From: Malacoraja senta
Taxonomy: Eukaryota
Length of the DNA stretch: 64,000 bases
Direction: 5' to 3'
Assembly (NCBI GenBank): GCA_038087875.1
Contig: CM075990.1
Coordinates: 1,302,001 to 1,366,000, forward strand
Positions 50,771-63,899 of this stretch are shown in pieces. The stretch's first letter is position 1; every line of letters starts with the position of its first letter. The notes beneath the pieces are model-generated. The model saw nothing but the letters and a program-made list of their open reading frames with translations, was not told where the DNA came from and did not search any database. The translations under genes were made by a program, and so were the position numbers.

Positions 50771-53743
50771 TCAAAGCTCTGTGATTTTATGCCGCAGATC
50801 AAAATCGCGGCTTCTCACTGCATCGATTGACTCTGAGTATAATCAATAAAACTGTAAACATGACACTGAATATCATGCAAAAAAACAGTTATATTTTTGG
50901 TCATAAAACAAATAATAAACCCTCTTAATTTAGGGCAACTAACGAAACAGAATTAAACAGTATTGAAAACAGAATTTAAACAATAGCAACAGCACTCAAT
51001 ATGGAGTTGGCAAACAGCCCTCCATCGGCAATCGGCCGATGGTAGTATTGCTGAAACACGTTCATTTTGCCACCCTGTGGCTTTTAATATATGGTCGCTG
51101 GGAACGTCCATCGCCCTGGCCGCCGATGTTGCTGCTGCCCTAGTGGAATGAGATGTAAACACATCAGTGTTAATTCCTGCCTGAACCAACACTTGCTTTA
51201 ATCACCTTGAGATAGTCTGAAATGCCACTCTTTTATGTGGCTTCTTGCAACTGACAAATAATCCTGTTTCTTCATGTCTTAAAGCCCTTGTGGCTTCAAT
51301 GTAATGTAACCAATGTGTCCTTACACATAAACATGGATCTGTAGGATATGCTGAGAACACAATCTTAAATCCTGTCACACCTGGCCTGCTTTGTTTGAGC
51401 AGGTCATAAATATAAAACATAACATTCTCTGTAGTCACTTCCATTCTATCTAACTGAAGTTTTTGCAAAGTCTGCACTCTCTGTGCTGAAACCAATGCCA
51501 TTAGCATAGCCAACTTTCATGGTTAATTTTGACAAAGTGACACGTGACAGGGACCCAATGACGATGCATGTTAAGAACAACACTTACATCCCAGATAACC
51601 ATATACCTAGGCTTAGGCGGGTTGGAATTAAAGATTCCTTTCATCAACCTAGATATGAGAGGGTGAGAACCTATACTTTGTGTCCGTGTACCTATTACAA
51701 GATATGCGGACAAAGCACTTCTAGCGGTATTGATAGCACTATAGCTAAGACCCTCATCATAATAAGGTGTGGATAAAAACTCTAACACATTTTCAATAAC
51801 TACAGTATCATATTGAATATTCTTTCCAACACAATATTGTTCCCATTTTTTTACATGTCATATACTGCTGTTGAGTACTCTTTCTCCAGGCTGCAGTGAG
51901 CATATCCACCGTTCGCCTAGAAAGTCCTCGACCCATGTAAGGCCTTCTTAAAACCTGCAAATTAACAGATCAATACGATCACATAACGGATGAACTTCAT
52001 GCATTACCGGATGCTCCAGCAAATTCCTACTCTTTGGAATGAGCAAAGGAGGTTGGATCGCTATCTGTAACATCAAAGGGAACCATGGTTGAGTTGGCTA
52101 ATTTGGTATCACCAAAACCCCTGAAGCGGCATCCTGCTTGATTAAAAAAAATTTGTTTTCAAACACCGACCTATGAGGCAGAATGGTGGGAAATTGTACA
52201 CAAACATATCATCCCAATTTAGTGAAAAAGCGTCAATTGCCACTGCCCCTGGATCTGGTTCCCAAGAAACATATTTTGGCTACTGGTGGTTAAGCCTGGA
52301 TGCAAACAAATCGATATCTGGGATTCCATATAGAAGTACTATGTTCTTGAACACATCCTGGTTCAACATCCACTCTGTATTATCACGGAATTTTCGTGAC
52401 CTGGCACCTGCTACTACATTAAGTTTCCCTGGCAGATAGATAGCTGAAATCCAAATATCTCTATTCATACACCAGGTCCAAATTTGATTTGCCAACCTGT
52501 CACATGATAACGATTTGATTCCACCCATGTGATTAATATAAGCAACTGCTGTAGTGTTGTCTATTTGGCACTGCACATGCAAGCTAGTTTTGTTAGTGCA
52601 ATAAGCCTTGAGTCCATAAAATACTCCTAAAAGCTCTAAATGGTTAATTCCCCATGTTTGCAGAAGCAATGTCCATCTGCATCTACAGCTGGATCTCGTA
52701 TCAGTAGCACCCCACCCAAGTGCACTGACATCTGTCTGCAAAATCATGGAAGCTTGGTACAATAACACTTTGAAACAACTAGTGGACACATGCTGAATCC
52801 ACCATTGTACATCAGCAACAGCCTCTACTGATAGAAGCATAGGCCTATTATAATGACCCAAATGTATCGTCAGTGCTTGTTCCTTTGACCTTTGTAATTG
52901 TTGATAATAAAGTGGCCACTATTGAACTGCTGGAAATGCTGCCACCAATTTCCCAAGCAGACTCGCCACCTGGCTAATTGGAGGCTGCGTGTCAGCAATC
53001 AACTTGATACAGCTCTCAATTAGCTCTACCTTTTTTGCCTCGGCAAGGTCACAATCATGTTGATTGAGTCTATTGTGAAACCCAAATTGCCAATTTTTGT
53101 CACAGGTGTTAATTTAGATTTCTCTGGATGGTTTATGAAGCCCAATCTTTGAAAAGTGGTTTTAACAACTGCCACTGATGCTTCAGCTGCTTCCTTTGAT
53201 TGTCCTACAATCAAGATATTATCTAGTTAAGCCATGAGCACATGCCCTTGACTTCTCATCATGCCTAGAATAGGTTTTAACAACTTTGTAATCACTCTAG
53301 GAGCTGAAGACAAACCATTAGGCAGTGCATTGTATTGCCATAATTGCCCCATTCAGCTGAATTTTAAATATCTTCTATCCTGCAAATGAACAGACACTGA
53401 ATAATCCGCATCTTTAAGATCTATAGTTGCCATATAGCATCCTCTGGAAACAAGTTGCTTAGTCGTCACAAACGTTTCCATCTTAAAATGTCTATACCGT
53501 ACAAAAGGGTTAAGACTATTCAGGTCCAGTATAATTCTGCATCCCCCATCCTTTTTTGGTCTGGGAAAGATATTGGACACAAACTGTTGGCTTTGGTAAA
53601 CTGCCTTAGCAATTACACCTTTATTACATAAGCTTGCAAGTTCCACCTGAACTTCCAATTGTTCAGTGATACTGGTCAAACTCCTTTTTGGAACATGTTG
53701 CATGGGTAAATCAGAATTTGCATTAAGCTCTATTCGAAACCCT

Positions 53744-55207
53744 TCAATAACCTTCAGTATAAACATATCTGAGGTAATTTGTTTCCATTCCTCTAAGAAC
53801 AGATGTAATTCCAACTTTTAATTGTATCACATTAGATCTGTCTACATGAGAACCAGACCCACATACCTCCTTACCACCTGGCATTCTTCCCCGGCCTCGA
53901 GCTGGATATCCCACCTTCCCTGGCGCTGCTACAGCCGAACGCCAACTGCGCTGCATCGTAGCTCGACTCGTCCCTTGCCCGGACCAGTCTCCTCGCTTAT
54001 AGGGATACTTCCGCTTCGGTGGATATGTGGCTGCTGGCTGCTTAATCAAGCCCACCGTCTTGGCCTCCTCCTCCAGCTCCTTCACCTGCTTTGCGAAATC
54101 CTCGCCAAACAGTAGATTTGCCGGTTGCACTGTGCCAGGCTGGCAGAGCGAAGCATATTTAGGATTGATGGTTGGTCTAGTCGCAGTTTTGCGGAGGCAG
54201 TTGATCTCAAAGTGGGCACTCCACAATAGCGCCAGCACCTCTTGTTTTAATTTTGTCATGGCCTCTCCATCCACCATCCTGGCAAAGGTAGTTATGCCAG
54301 ATGCCAGCAACCTTAAAATATGCAGGAGCTTCACCTCCTGGGCTCTCATTTGTATGCCCATCTTGCCCCAAATCATCCTGTTCACAACAGGAACTTTCAA
54401 CAGGCCACAGTTGATTGGGGCTTCATGCTTCCTTACTGTCTCATCCATTGTCAGCTCCTGTAGCTGATGTGAGACTTGGTAATTTATGCTGGTGGCAAGT
54501 TCCTCACCCAGAGGCTCACCAGCTTCCGACGACATGGCAAACCGTGCTGCACACGGTGTCAGCTCTGGCAGCTGCCTGCCCTCCCTTTGGAAGTCGTCGT
54601 CGGAATCAGGGTCAGAGCTTATCTGCCCTTCTGCACTAACCTCTTGAAAGATGGTGCTTTCAAGCAGGCCTCTACCAGGCACTGCCGGCGGAGCCTTCCC
54701 CACGGCCTCCCGCCCACACAACTCCTCCTGGAGTGTGGCTTTGTGGAGCAGCCCCTGTATGCGCTGCTCCTTTTGGATAACCGCTGGGGCACGGTATCCT
54801 GTCCCGGACGGGACTCTCCTGGCCCGACTCTGCAGAGTCAATGGGCCTGACAGACTTGGCTTTTGCCTACCGCCCGACTGGCGTTGGCTGTGTACCCGGC
54901 TGGGCACTTGGGAGTGCCAAGTCTGTCGCCGCACCGCTACCGGCTTGCGACTCCCCAGAGGTGACAGGCTGCCTTTCAGAGACTGCGCACCCGCAGCTCT
55001 CTCTCCCCTTGTCCTAGCACGCCTGCACCTTGTTGATTTTCCCTTGTTCCTGTATCGTGGGGACAAAACACAGCAACAATTTTCTCTTTTTACTAACTCC
55101 TCCAAAGTCTCCCCGACTTTGGTGGAGCTTCTAAAATACCCACCTGCAGGAGGAGCTCCTCTTCCTGCTGCCGTTCGCGCCAATGCGTCAGACGTAATGA
55201 CGCGCAT
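53744..55207 (-). CDS. DIRS gag-like ORF1 (open, 487 aa as called)
   Basis: Long ORF at the element's 5' end, homologous to the first DIRS gag (GEELATSINY..SHQLQE). True start codon uncertain. Confidence 0.75.
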   Translation of the reverse strand: MRVITSDALARTAAGRGAPPAGGYFRSSTKVGETLEELVKRENCCCVLSPRYRNKGKSTRCRRARTRGERAAGAQSLKGSLSPLGSRKPVAVRRQTWHSQVPSRVHSQRQSGGRQKPSLSGPLTLQSRARRVPSGTGYRAPAVIQKEQRIQGLLHKATLQEELCGREAVGKAPPAVPGRGLLESTIFQEVSAEGQISSDPDSDDDFQREGRQLPELTPCAARFAMSSEAGEPLGEELATSINYQVSHQLQELTMDETVRKHEAPINCGLLKVPVVNRMIWGKMGIQMRAQEVKLLHILRLLASGITTFARMVDGEAMTKLKQEVLALLWSAHFEINCLRKTATRPTINPKYASLCQPGTVQPANLLFGEDFAKQVKELEEEAKTVGLIKQPAATYPPKRKYPYKRGDWSGQGTSRATMQRSWRSAVAAPGKVGYPARGRGRMPGGKEVCGSGSHVDRSNVIQLKVGITSVLRGMETNYLRYVYTEGY

Positions 55208-56620
55208 GCGCCCTGACGGGTCTTCTTCACGTAGTCACTCACGTGACTCCGAAGTAAAATGAAAGGACATTTGGCAGTTATCCCGACGTCTCTTCACAAC
55301 AAGTACTTCGATATTGTCCATGGGGGCCATCCCGCCGCAGAAATAAACCTCCAACATGCAAAATGTATGCTTTTCTGGCCTGACATGGCTGACTACATTC
55401 GCGAGAAAGTCACTGCCTGCCCGATTTGCAACAGCCTGACCCCGCACCAACCTAAACAACCACTTCTCCCGCACCCCACACCGGACTTACCGTGGTCCAC
55501 AGTGGCGGGCGACATCTTTCAGTGGCACGGCAAACAATACCTGCTTCTAGTCATTCATACTCAGGATGGTTCGAAATCGACCTGCTCAGTAGCCCGACCT
55601 CAGCCATGGTCATTCAAAAACTCACTCGCCACTTCTCTGTCCACAGAGCACCCCTCCTGCTACTCTCAGACAATGAAACTCAATTCTTCAGTAAGCTCTT
55701 CAAGGATTTCGCAACACGCTGGGACTTTCACCACACCACCAACAGCCCCGAGTAACGGCAGTCCAACGGCCTGGCCGAACACGCGATAAGAAGTGCAAAA
55801 CAACTAATGGAACGCCCACACAGGGCCGGCTCCGATGTCTATCTCGACCTACTCAACCTGCGAAACATCGTCTGCGACCGTCTCCTGGGATCTTCGGCCG
55901 ATCGACTCATGTCACGGCGGACCCGCACCACCCTGCCTATGGCCAAGCAACTGTTAGAACCACAAGTTCGCGCACCGTCGGCGATCCTATCCCAATTCCA
56001 ACACCGCCGAGAAACACAAAGAAAATACTATGATAAAACCAGCTCTCCACTTCAACCGCTCAACAAGCGACAGGTTGTCCGTCCGCTTACAGTCGCTCAG
56101 AGGCTATGACGGCCTCGGTGTTATTCTGGGGCAACCGCGGAGCCAAGTTCATACCTGGTCATATTGTCAAAGGCATCTACCGACGCACCCGCCAACACCT
56201 ACTTCCGGTTAATGTACCGGCACATTCCTGCCCATACCCTGGCCAGCCGGTCGGTTTCCCCCCACGTTCCGAGAACGTCACTCCAGTGACTCCTCTGCCG
56301 ATGACAGCACCATCCCTGCCTTCCCCGGTGCCCCATCTCTGCTGGTGTCTACTCCTCCGTGTCCACCCGATGACGGGCCCGCTTCCTCAGAGAAAGATGA
56401 GGCGCACCATACACATGCAGGTCGTGTATGCAAGCCAAACCCGCTGATAGGAAAATTCACCGGCTATACTTGAACTGTGCATGACCCGCTTCGTTTTATG
56501 TGCTCACATATGCATAAGCATGTACAAATAAAATAAAATGCACACACCTTATACTGATGTTTTACAAGATATACTCCACTAACCACTCTTTGTATGCTTT
56601 GTTTTTTTTAAGAGAAAGTA

Positions 56621-56832
56621 TGTAGATTAACCTTTATTAATCCATGCTATTTATAATATCCACTACACATATGTGCATGCCACCCATTACATGGTATTAC
56701 GGTACTACACTAACGGGCAGAAGCCATGCTGAGCTTAATGGGCCCGGCTGTGCAGTTTAAATGCTCTGCATTTCTGAATGGAATAAAGACCTATGTTTCA
56801 CTATATATGTTGTAGTGGATCATTTACAAACA
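56621..56832 (+). repeat. Gypsy 3' LTR
   Basis: Direct repeat of 47285-47508, preceded by a purine-rich PPT. Confidence 0.9.
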
Positions 56833-57049
56833 ATCGCTCAATGCTATTCTGCGATGTTACAGTAGAAGAATACTAAAACAAACTCCAGGCCGACATCTGC
56901 TCTCCATCTCCGGACTTGTAGTTTTTTTCCCATTTATTTGATCCCCTCGTGCGATTTATTGATCTGACTGACAAACAAAATGTGTCTGACTATCAGATTG
57001 ACTAGCGAGGGAGTTGTGGAAAATGATAACATTAATACCGCCTCATATT

Positions 57050-57630
57050 TGTCCTTCTGGCACATTGGCCTTCAGCAGTCAGACTATTGAGTATAGAAGT
57101 TGGGAGGTCATGTCGCAATTGAATAAGAAGTTGGTGGGGCCGCATTTAGAGTATTGTGTTCAGTTGTGGGCACCATATTATAGGAAATATGTTGTCAAGC
57201 TGGAAAGGGTACAGAAAAGATTTACAAGGCTGTGACGGTTCATTGGAGCGCAGGAGGGTGAAAAGTGATCTTATAGAGGTGTATAAATTCATGCGAAGAA
57301 TAGATCCGGTAGATGGGCAGAATCACTTGCCCAGATTAGTTGAACCGAGGACTAGAGGTTTCAGGTGAAGGGGAAACGATTTACTAGGAATCTGAGGGAT
57401 AACCTTTCCACACAAATTATGGTGGGTGTATGGAACAAGCTGTCAGAGGAGGTTGTTGAGACAGGGACAATCGCAATACTTATGAAACCGTTAGACAGGT
57501 ACATGGATAGGACAGGTTTGTAGGGATATGGGCCAAACGCGGGCAGGTTGGACTAGTGTATCTTGGACATATTGGCCAATGTGAGTAAGTTGGGCCGAGG
57601 CACATGTTTCCATGCTGTATCACTCGACGA
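57050..57630 (+). mobile_element. Old CR1 3' fragment
   Basis: PHLEYCVQLWAP..KLERVQKRFTR. Confidence 0.8.
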
Positions 57631-58139
57631 CTATATGAGTAAATCAAAACAACATATCCCAGTTCTGTGTAATTACTTAACTTCCTGTAACAGGGCCATA
57701 GTGCATCGTTCTTTTTTCCTAATAGTGCATAGGAAAATAGACATGGAAAGGGACGGATTTACAGCCAGCACAGTTTGAATCAACAGCCTTTGACCTTGCA
57801 CTAAATGTTATTCCATTATCATATATCTATACACTGTAAATGACTCGAATGTAATCATGTATTGTCTTTCTCCTGACTGGTTAGCACGCAACGAAGGGTT
57901 TTCACTCTATCTCCGCACACGTGACGATAGACAACACTGAAACCCAAACCCCACTGTTATCAGGCTTCTGAACTATCCTTCCTTGGGTGTTGTTTCAATT
58001 TACCGTTCCCTCAGTGCGGACATTCGACTTTGTCTCTGGAACTGCGGCGTTATCATGTTGATAACAACATTCTGCACCCTGAACGTTGCCCGTAGCCCGA
58101 TTATAGTTTAGGATAGTATTATCCAATCACTAGGTTCAC

Positions 58140-58798
58140 TTCAGAAATTTGGTTGGCAGACAGGAAACAAAGAATAGGGATTAACGGGTCCCTTTCAGAA
58201 TGGCAGGCAGTGACTAGTGGGGTACCGCAAGGCACGATGCTGGGACCGGAGCTATTTACAATATACATCAATGATTTAGATGAAGGGATTCAAAGTAACA
58301 TTAGCAATTTTGCAGATTACACAAAGCTGGGTGGCAGTGTGAACTGTGAGGAGGAAGCTATGGGAATTCAGGGTGACTTGGACAGGTTGGGTGAGTGGGC
58401 AGATGCTTGGCAGATGCAGTTTAATGTGGGTAAATGTGAGCTTATCCAATTTGATAGCAAAAACAGGAACGCAGATTATTATCTAAATGGTGTCAAATTG
58501 GGAAAAGGGGAGGCACATCGAGATCTGGGGAGTTCTTGTTCATCAGTCAATGAAAGTAAGCATGCGGGTGCAGCAGGCAGTGAAGAAAGCGAATTGCATG
58601 TTGACCTTCATAAGAAGAGGAGTTGAGTATAGGAGTAAATAGGTCCTTCTGCAGTTGTACAGGGCCCTAGTGAGACCACACCTGGAGTATTGAGTGCAGT
58701 TTTTGTCCCCTAATTGGAGGAAGGACATTCTTACATTGAATGGCGGTGCTGGCTCGAAGGGCCGAATGGCCTACTCCTGCACCTATTGTCTATTGTCT
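58140..58798 (+). mobile_element. CR1 fragment with internal deletion
   Basis: RT motifs followed by a jump to the 3' UTR and tail. Confidence 0.9.
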
Positions 58799-58799
58799 A

Positions 58800-59142
58800 A
58801 ATAATTCCCTGTTATCTCACTCCCGCCTTTCTTAAAACGTGGGATTACATTAGCTACCCTCCAATCCACAGGAACTGATCCTGAATCTATTGAACATTGG
58901 AAAATGATCATCAATGCGTCCCCGATTTGTAGAGCCAATTCCTCAAGTACCCTTTGATGCAGACCATCAGGTCTGTGCATTTATTAGCCTTCTGTCCCAT
59001 CAGTCTACCCAGCACCATTTCCTGCCTACTGTGGATTTCCTTCAGTTCCTCGGTCACCCCAGATCCTCTGGCCAATAGCACATCAGGAAGATTGTTTGTG
59101 TCCTCCTTAATGAAGACTGATCCAAGGTATCTGTTCAACTCA
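58800..59142 (-). mobile_element. CR1 ORF2 internal fragment, opposite orientation
   Basis: SVFIKEDTNNLP...DWRVANVIP. Confidence 0.88.
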
Positions 59143-60049
59143 GAAGCCTGATAACAGATTGGAAGAAGGTGTTCCGAGTCTGGTGTTACGAGCTTTTAAG
59201 CATTTGTATATTCTGCGCGACGGAAGCAGGGAAAGAGGGAAAGACCAACCTGTTGAAAGGATCCCGAATTATGGTACATGCATCTCCCCAGGACGGTGAA
59301 ATATAGATGGAGTCAATGTTGGGGATTCGGGTCTGTGCGATATATTGGACGATATTCCCAATGCTCTGCAAACTCTTGCGGTAAGGGGCGGCGCTGTTCC
59401 TCAACTAATTTGTGATGCAGCTCGCTTGTGTGGAATACTGCTTTTCTGTCTGTGTCATGTGGAGTCCTTGACCGATTGGTGTTGTGTCTACTGCTGTTTG
59501 TTATCCTTATCACCGACAAGTACATAGTTTCACGAAAATGATGCCGCAGCTAGATAGGCTGGTTAAAACGTATTTTGGTGCATTGGCGATTATTTAGGGA
59601 ATTGTGTAGAGAAGTGGAACCTTACGATGCAGTTGTACAAGTCATTGAAGGACCGCACCTGTTGTATTTTGTGCAGTATTGGACACCCAGCTGAGTAAAG
59701 TTGCCGTGAAGCTGAAAAGAGCGCAGACAAGATTTGTGAAGATGTTTTCTGGACTCAAAGGTCCGAGCCCGGGGATGCACGCTAGGAGTTTATTCCATGA
59801 AGTGCAGGGGGTTGATGGGCAATCTTATTAAATTATGAGGGAAATAGTTATGGTGAAAGTATGGAATCTTTTTCCCAGGATAGGGAAATCAAATACTGGA
59901 GGGCATCAATTTAAAGTGAGAGCGACAAGATTTAAGTTAATTTGAGGTGCAACGTTTTATAGAGTGGTGGGCATATGAAATGACCTGCCAGAAGAGGTAT
60001 TTGAGAGAGAGACAAATACCGCATTAAAACGACATTTGGATAGGTGCAT

Positions 60050-62250
60050 AGACATGAATTGGCCAAGATAGACTGGCAATTGATTCTTAAAGGGTTGACG
60101 GTGGATATGCAATGGAAGGCATTTAAAGGCTGCATGGATGAACTACAACAATTATTCATCCCAGTTTGGCAAAATAATAAATCAGGGAAGGAAGTGCATC
60201 CGTGGCTAACAAGGGAAATCAGGGATAGTATCAAAACAAAAGATGAAGCATACAAATTAGCCAGAAAAAGCAGCCTACCAGAGGACTGGGAGAAATTCAG
60301 TCCAGCAGAGGAGGATAAAGGGCTTAATTAGGAAAGGGAAAATAGATTATGAAAGAAAACTGGCAGGGAACATAAAAACTGACTGCAAACGTTGGTATAG
60401 ATATGTGAAGAGAAAAAGATTAGTTAAAACAAATGTAGGTCCCTTGCAGTCAGAAACAGGTGAATTGATCATGGGGAACAAGGACATGGCAGACCAATTG
60501 AATAACTACTTTGGTTCTGTCTTCACTAAGGAAGACATAAATAATCTGCCGGAAATTGCAGGGGATCGGGGGTCAAATGAGATGGAGGAACTGAGTGAAA
60601 TCCAGGTTAGCCGGGAAGTGGTGTTAGGTAAATTGAATGGATTAAAGGCCGATAAATCACCAGGGCCAGATAGGCTGCATCCCAGAGTACTTGAGGAAGT
60701 AGCCCCAGAAATAGTGGATGCATTAATGATAATTTTTCAAAATTCTTTAGATTCTGGAGTAGTTCCTGAGGATTGGAGGGTAGCTATTGTAACCCTACGT
60801 TTTAAAAATGGAGGGAGAGAGAAAACGGGGAATTGCAGACCAGTTAGTCTAACATCTGAAGTGGGGAAAGTGCTAGAGTCAGTTATTAAATATGGGATAG
60901 CAGCGTATTTGGAAAGTGGTGAAATCATTGAACAAAGTCAGCATGGATTAATGAAAGGTAAATCATGTCTGACGAATCTTATAGAACTTTTCGAGGATGT
61001 AACTAGTAGAGTGGATAAGGGAGAACCAGTGGATGTGTTATATCTGGACTTTCAGAAGGCTTTCGACAAGGTCCCACATAAGAGATTAGTATACAAACTT
61101 AAAGCACACGGTATTGGGGGTTCAGTATTGATGTGGATAGAGAACTGGCTGGCAGACAGGAAGCAAAGAGTAGGAGTAAAGGGGTCCATTTCGGAATGGA
61201 AGGCAGTGACTTGTAGAGTACCGCAAGGCTCAGTGCTGGGACCCCAGCTATTTACAATATATATTAATGATTTGGACGAGGGAATTGAATGCAACATCTC
61301 CAAGTTTGCGGATGACACGAAGCTGGGGGGCAGTGTTAGCTGTGAGGAGGATGCTAGGAGACTGCAAGGTGACTTGGATAGGCTGGGTGAGTGGGAAAAT
61401 GCATGGCAGATGCAGTATAATGTGGATAAATGTGAGGTTATCCACTTTGGTGGCAAAAACAGGAAAGTAGACTGTTATCTGAATGGTGGCCGATTAGGAA
61501 AAGGGGTGATGCAACGAGACCTGGGTGTCATGGTACACCAATCATTGATAGTAGGCATGCAGGTGCAGCAGGCAGTGAAGAAAGCGAATGGTATGTTAGC
61601 ATTCATAGCAAAAGGATTTGAGTATAGGAGCAGATAGGTTCTACTGCAGTTGTACAGGGTCTTGAGGAGACCACACCTGGAGTATTGCGTACAGTTTTGG
61701 TCTCCTAATCTGAGGAAAGACATTCTTGCCATAGAGGGAGTACAGAGTAGGTTCACCAGACTGATTCCTGGGATGTCAGGATCCATATGAAGAAAGACTG
61801 GATAGACGTGGCTTGTACTCGCTAGAATTTAGAAGATTGAGGGGGGATCTTATAGAAACTTACAACATTCTTAAGGGGTTGGACAGGCTAGATGCAGGAA
61901 GATTGTTCCCGATGTTGGGGAAGTCCAGAACAAGGGATCACTGTTTAAGTATAAGGGGGAAATCTTTTAGGACCGAGATGAGAAAAACATTTTTCATACA
62001 GAGAGTGGTGAATCTCTGGAATTCTCTGCCACAGAAGGTAGTTGAGGCCAGTTCATTGGCTATATTTAAGAGGGAATTAGATGTGGCCCTTGTGGCTAAA
62101 GATATCAGGGGGTATGGAGAGAAGGCAGGTACAGGATACTGAGTTGGATGATCAGCCATGATCATGTTGAATGGCGGTGCAGGCTCGAAGGGCCGAATGG
62201 GCTACTCCTGCACCTATTTTCTATGTTTCTATGTTTCTACGTTTCTATGT
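60050..62250 (+). mobile_element. CR1 LINE, 5'-truncated, same subfamily as 8660-11520
   Basis: 410-aa RT ORF at 60405-61637; tail ttctatgt. Confidence 0.96.
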
Positions 62251-62779
62251 TTAGATGGATACGTGTGAAACAAAAGAGACCAGATTATTTGACGCATCTT
62301 GATCGGAACGGACGAGTTGGAAGAAGGGCCAGTTTCTGAGTTGTGTGCCTTTGTGAATCTACCTTTATAAATCTACAGTGTCATCCACCAGAACATTAAG
62401 CCTCCTTATCCGCGTAATGTTTTCCTGCTATTAAGACTGTGTTCATGCCAAGCAAACTAGAGAGAGAACGGCGGAGAGAAGAGGTCAATTCAGACGCAGA
62501 GCGAAAGAATTATTTAAAAAAACCAAACAGATAAACAGTGGGATGGATGGATGATGTGATGGTGTTTGAAACAATAGCTGCATTGCGGGAACAATGACAT
62601 CCCATTTTTTCTCCAATCACCGTGATCCGATTTTCCGAGTTTCTAACTTTACTGTCAGAGCTAAACAAAGTCTGGTCCTGCGGATGCTCCCCACAGTTGT
62701 CGTCATCTGTACACCCGGTTCAATGGATGCCTATGTATAACTGTTGTCATTTCCACGCCCCAGAAGAGACTCGTGGCAG

Positions 62780-62786
62780 TATAAAA
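62780..62786 (+). promoter_or_regulatory. Candidate TATA box of the plus-strand GPCR
   Basis: TATAAAA about 80 nt upstream of the ATG; the paralog has CATAAAA at the matching position. Confidence 0.5.
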
Positions 62787-62862
62787 CACTATAGAAGTGT
62801 CAACTGAATCTTTGCTGGAGGGTTATCCTGCCACATAACAGTATACATCTGTTACTGCAGAA

Positions 62863-62929
62863 ATGCTGAGCACATACAGCAATGTCGAGGAAATACTGTA
62901 CGTAATAATTGCGTTCATTGGAGTTCCGG
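62863..62929 (+). CDS. Exon 1 of a second GPR139/142-like paralog (MLSTYSNVEEILYVIIAFIGVP)
   Basis: Same 67-nt length and phase-1 donor (G|gtaagt) as exon 39410-39476, with clear amino-acid similarity. Its exon 2 is presumably beyond the window. Confidence 0.82.
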
Positions 62930-63899
62930 GTAAGTGGTGGAATATTATTTTTCTGAAATGATTACGACGAAGGAAATGGCAAAGCAATAAAGCAGTTTTT
63001 GTAAAGGCAAGGGGCTGGAACAACTTTACATCAGTGATGGGAATTGTTAGTGCAAGGAAAGCACAGCACTCAAGCCAATTTGGCACGTTACAGCTCAAGA
63101 GATTGTGAGATTGAAACTGTCCCAGCTCTAAAACGTGATGCACAGCCAGACTTGATAAAATGCCCAAAGAAGCACTCGAGCAGGTAGTTATGGAATTATT
63201 CGTTGCGTTTGTTAACATCCGTCAACAATTTATAAACGATGTTAACGTTCCTGTAATATGGGGAGTGACTGCATACTGGTTATGATAAAACCAATAGGAA
63301 GGTAAATGCCGGAGTAACATGTCTAAAGTCATGGGTGGTGAACGTATTTAGTCTGGTTGTCGGTCTGTTATTCTGCAGGGATCTGTGATGGGTGCGCAAT
63401 CACGTCTGATATAATATAATTGGCTTGGGCATAAACGTAGCTGGGTTGGTTCGTAAGATTGAAGATACACAGTGATTGCTCGAGTTTTTCATTATGAGGA
63501 ATGTTATCGAAATAAATAACGGGATACGGATTAACTGCAGACATGAACGGAGACCTGGAAGTTGTTGATTAATGCGAGGAAGTATTTCACTTTGTATTCT
63601 TTAGTGTATTGTGTCGTGTACCGAGGTACAGCGAAACGGTTTTGGTTGCATGCTAACCAGTCCACGGAAAGACTATACAAGATTACAATCGCGCCGTCTA
63701 CAGTGTACAGATACACGATAAAGGGATGAATGTTTAGTGCAAAATAAAGTCCAGTGAGATCCGATGAAATATAGTCAGAATGTCTCCAGCGAGTTTGAGA
63801 ATAGCTCAGGATCGCTGCCTAGTTGTTGATAGGATGGGCCAGTTGCATGATAACAGCTGGGAAGAAACTGTCCCTGAATCTGGAGGCGTGCGTCTTCAC

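Larger units (their letters stand above)
50445..55260 (-). mobile_element. Full-length DIRS1-type retrotransposon nested in the Gypsy pol gene
   Basis: ITRs and internal complementary region present. Gag ORF 53744-55207, RT (53353-53814, 53026-53214), RNase H/MT-like (52280-52861, IDLFASRLNHQ) and tyrosine recombinase (FTSHSTRAAATS). Frameshifts and stops in RT and YR. Confidence 0.95.
47285..56832 (+). mobile_element. Gypsy/Ty3 LTR retrotransposon, full length but degenerate, interrupted by DIRS
   Basis: TG...CA LTRs at 47285-47508 and 56621-56832, TSD atcac/atcgc, PBS-like tggggtcaga and a purine tract before the 3' LTR. Gag from 47599 (CSHCGGSH), protease (IDTGA), RT (IVDD), RNase H (DASQYG), integrase (HGGH..CPIC) at 55259-56100. 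Confidence 0.93.

Noticed and set aside
54651-55262. 203-aa plus-strand ORF
   Set aside because: Antisense shadow of the GC-rich DIRS gag.
58140-59142. Twin-primed inverted CR1 insertion
   Set aside because: The inverted piece lies 3' of the tail rather than 5', so two independent fragments are more likely.
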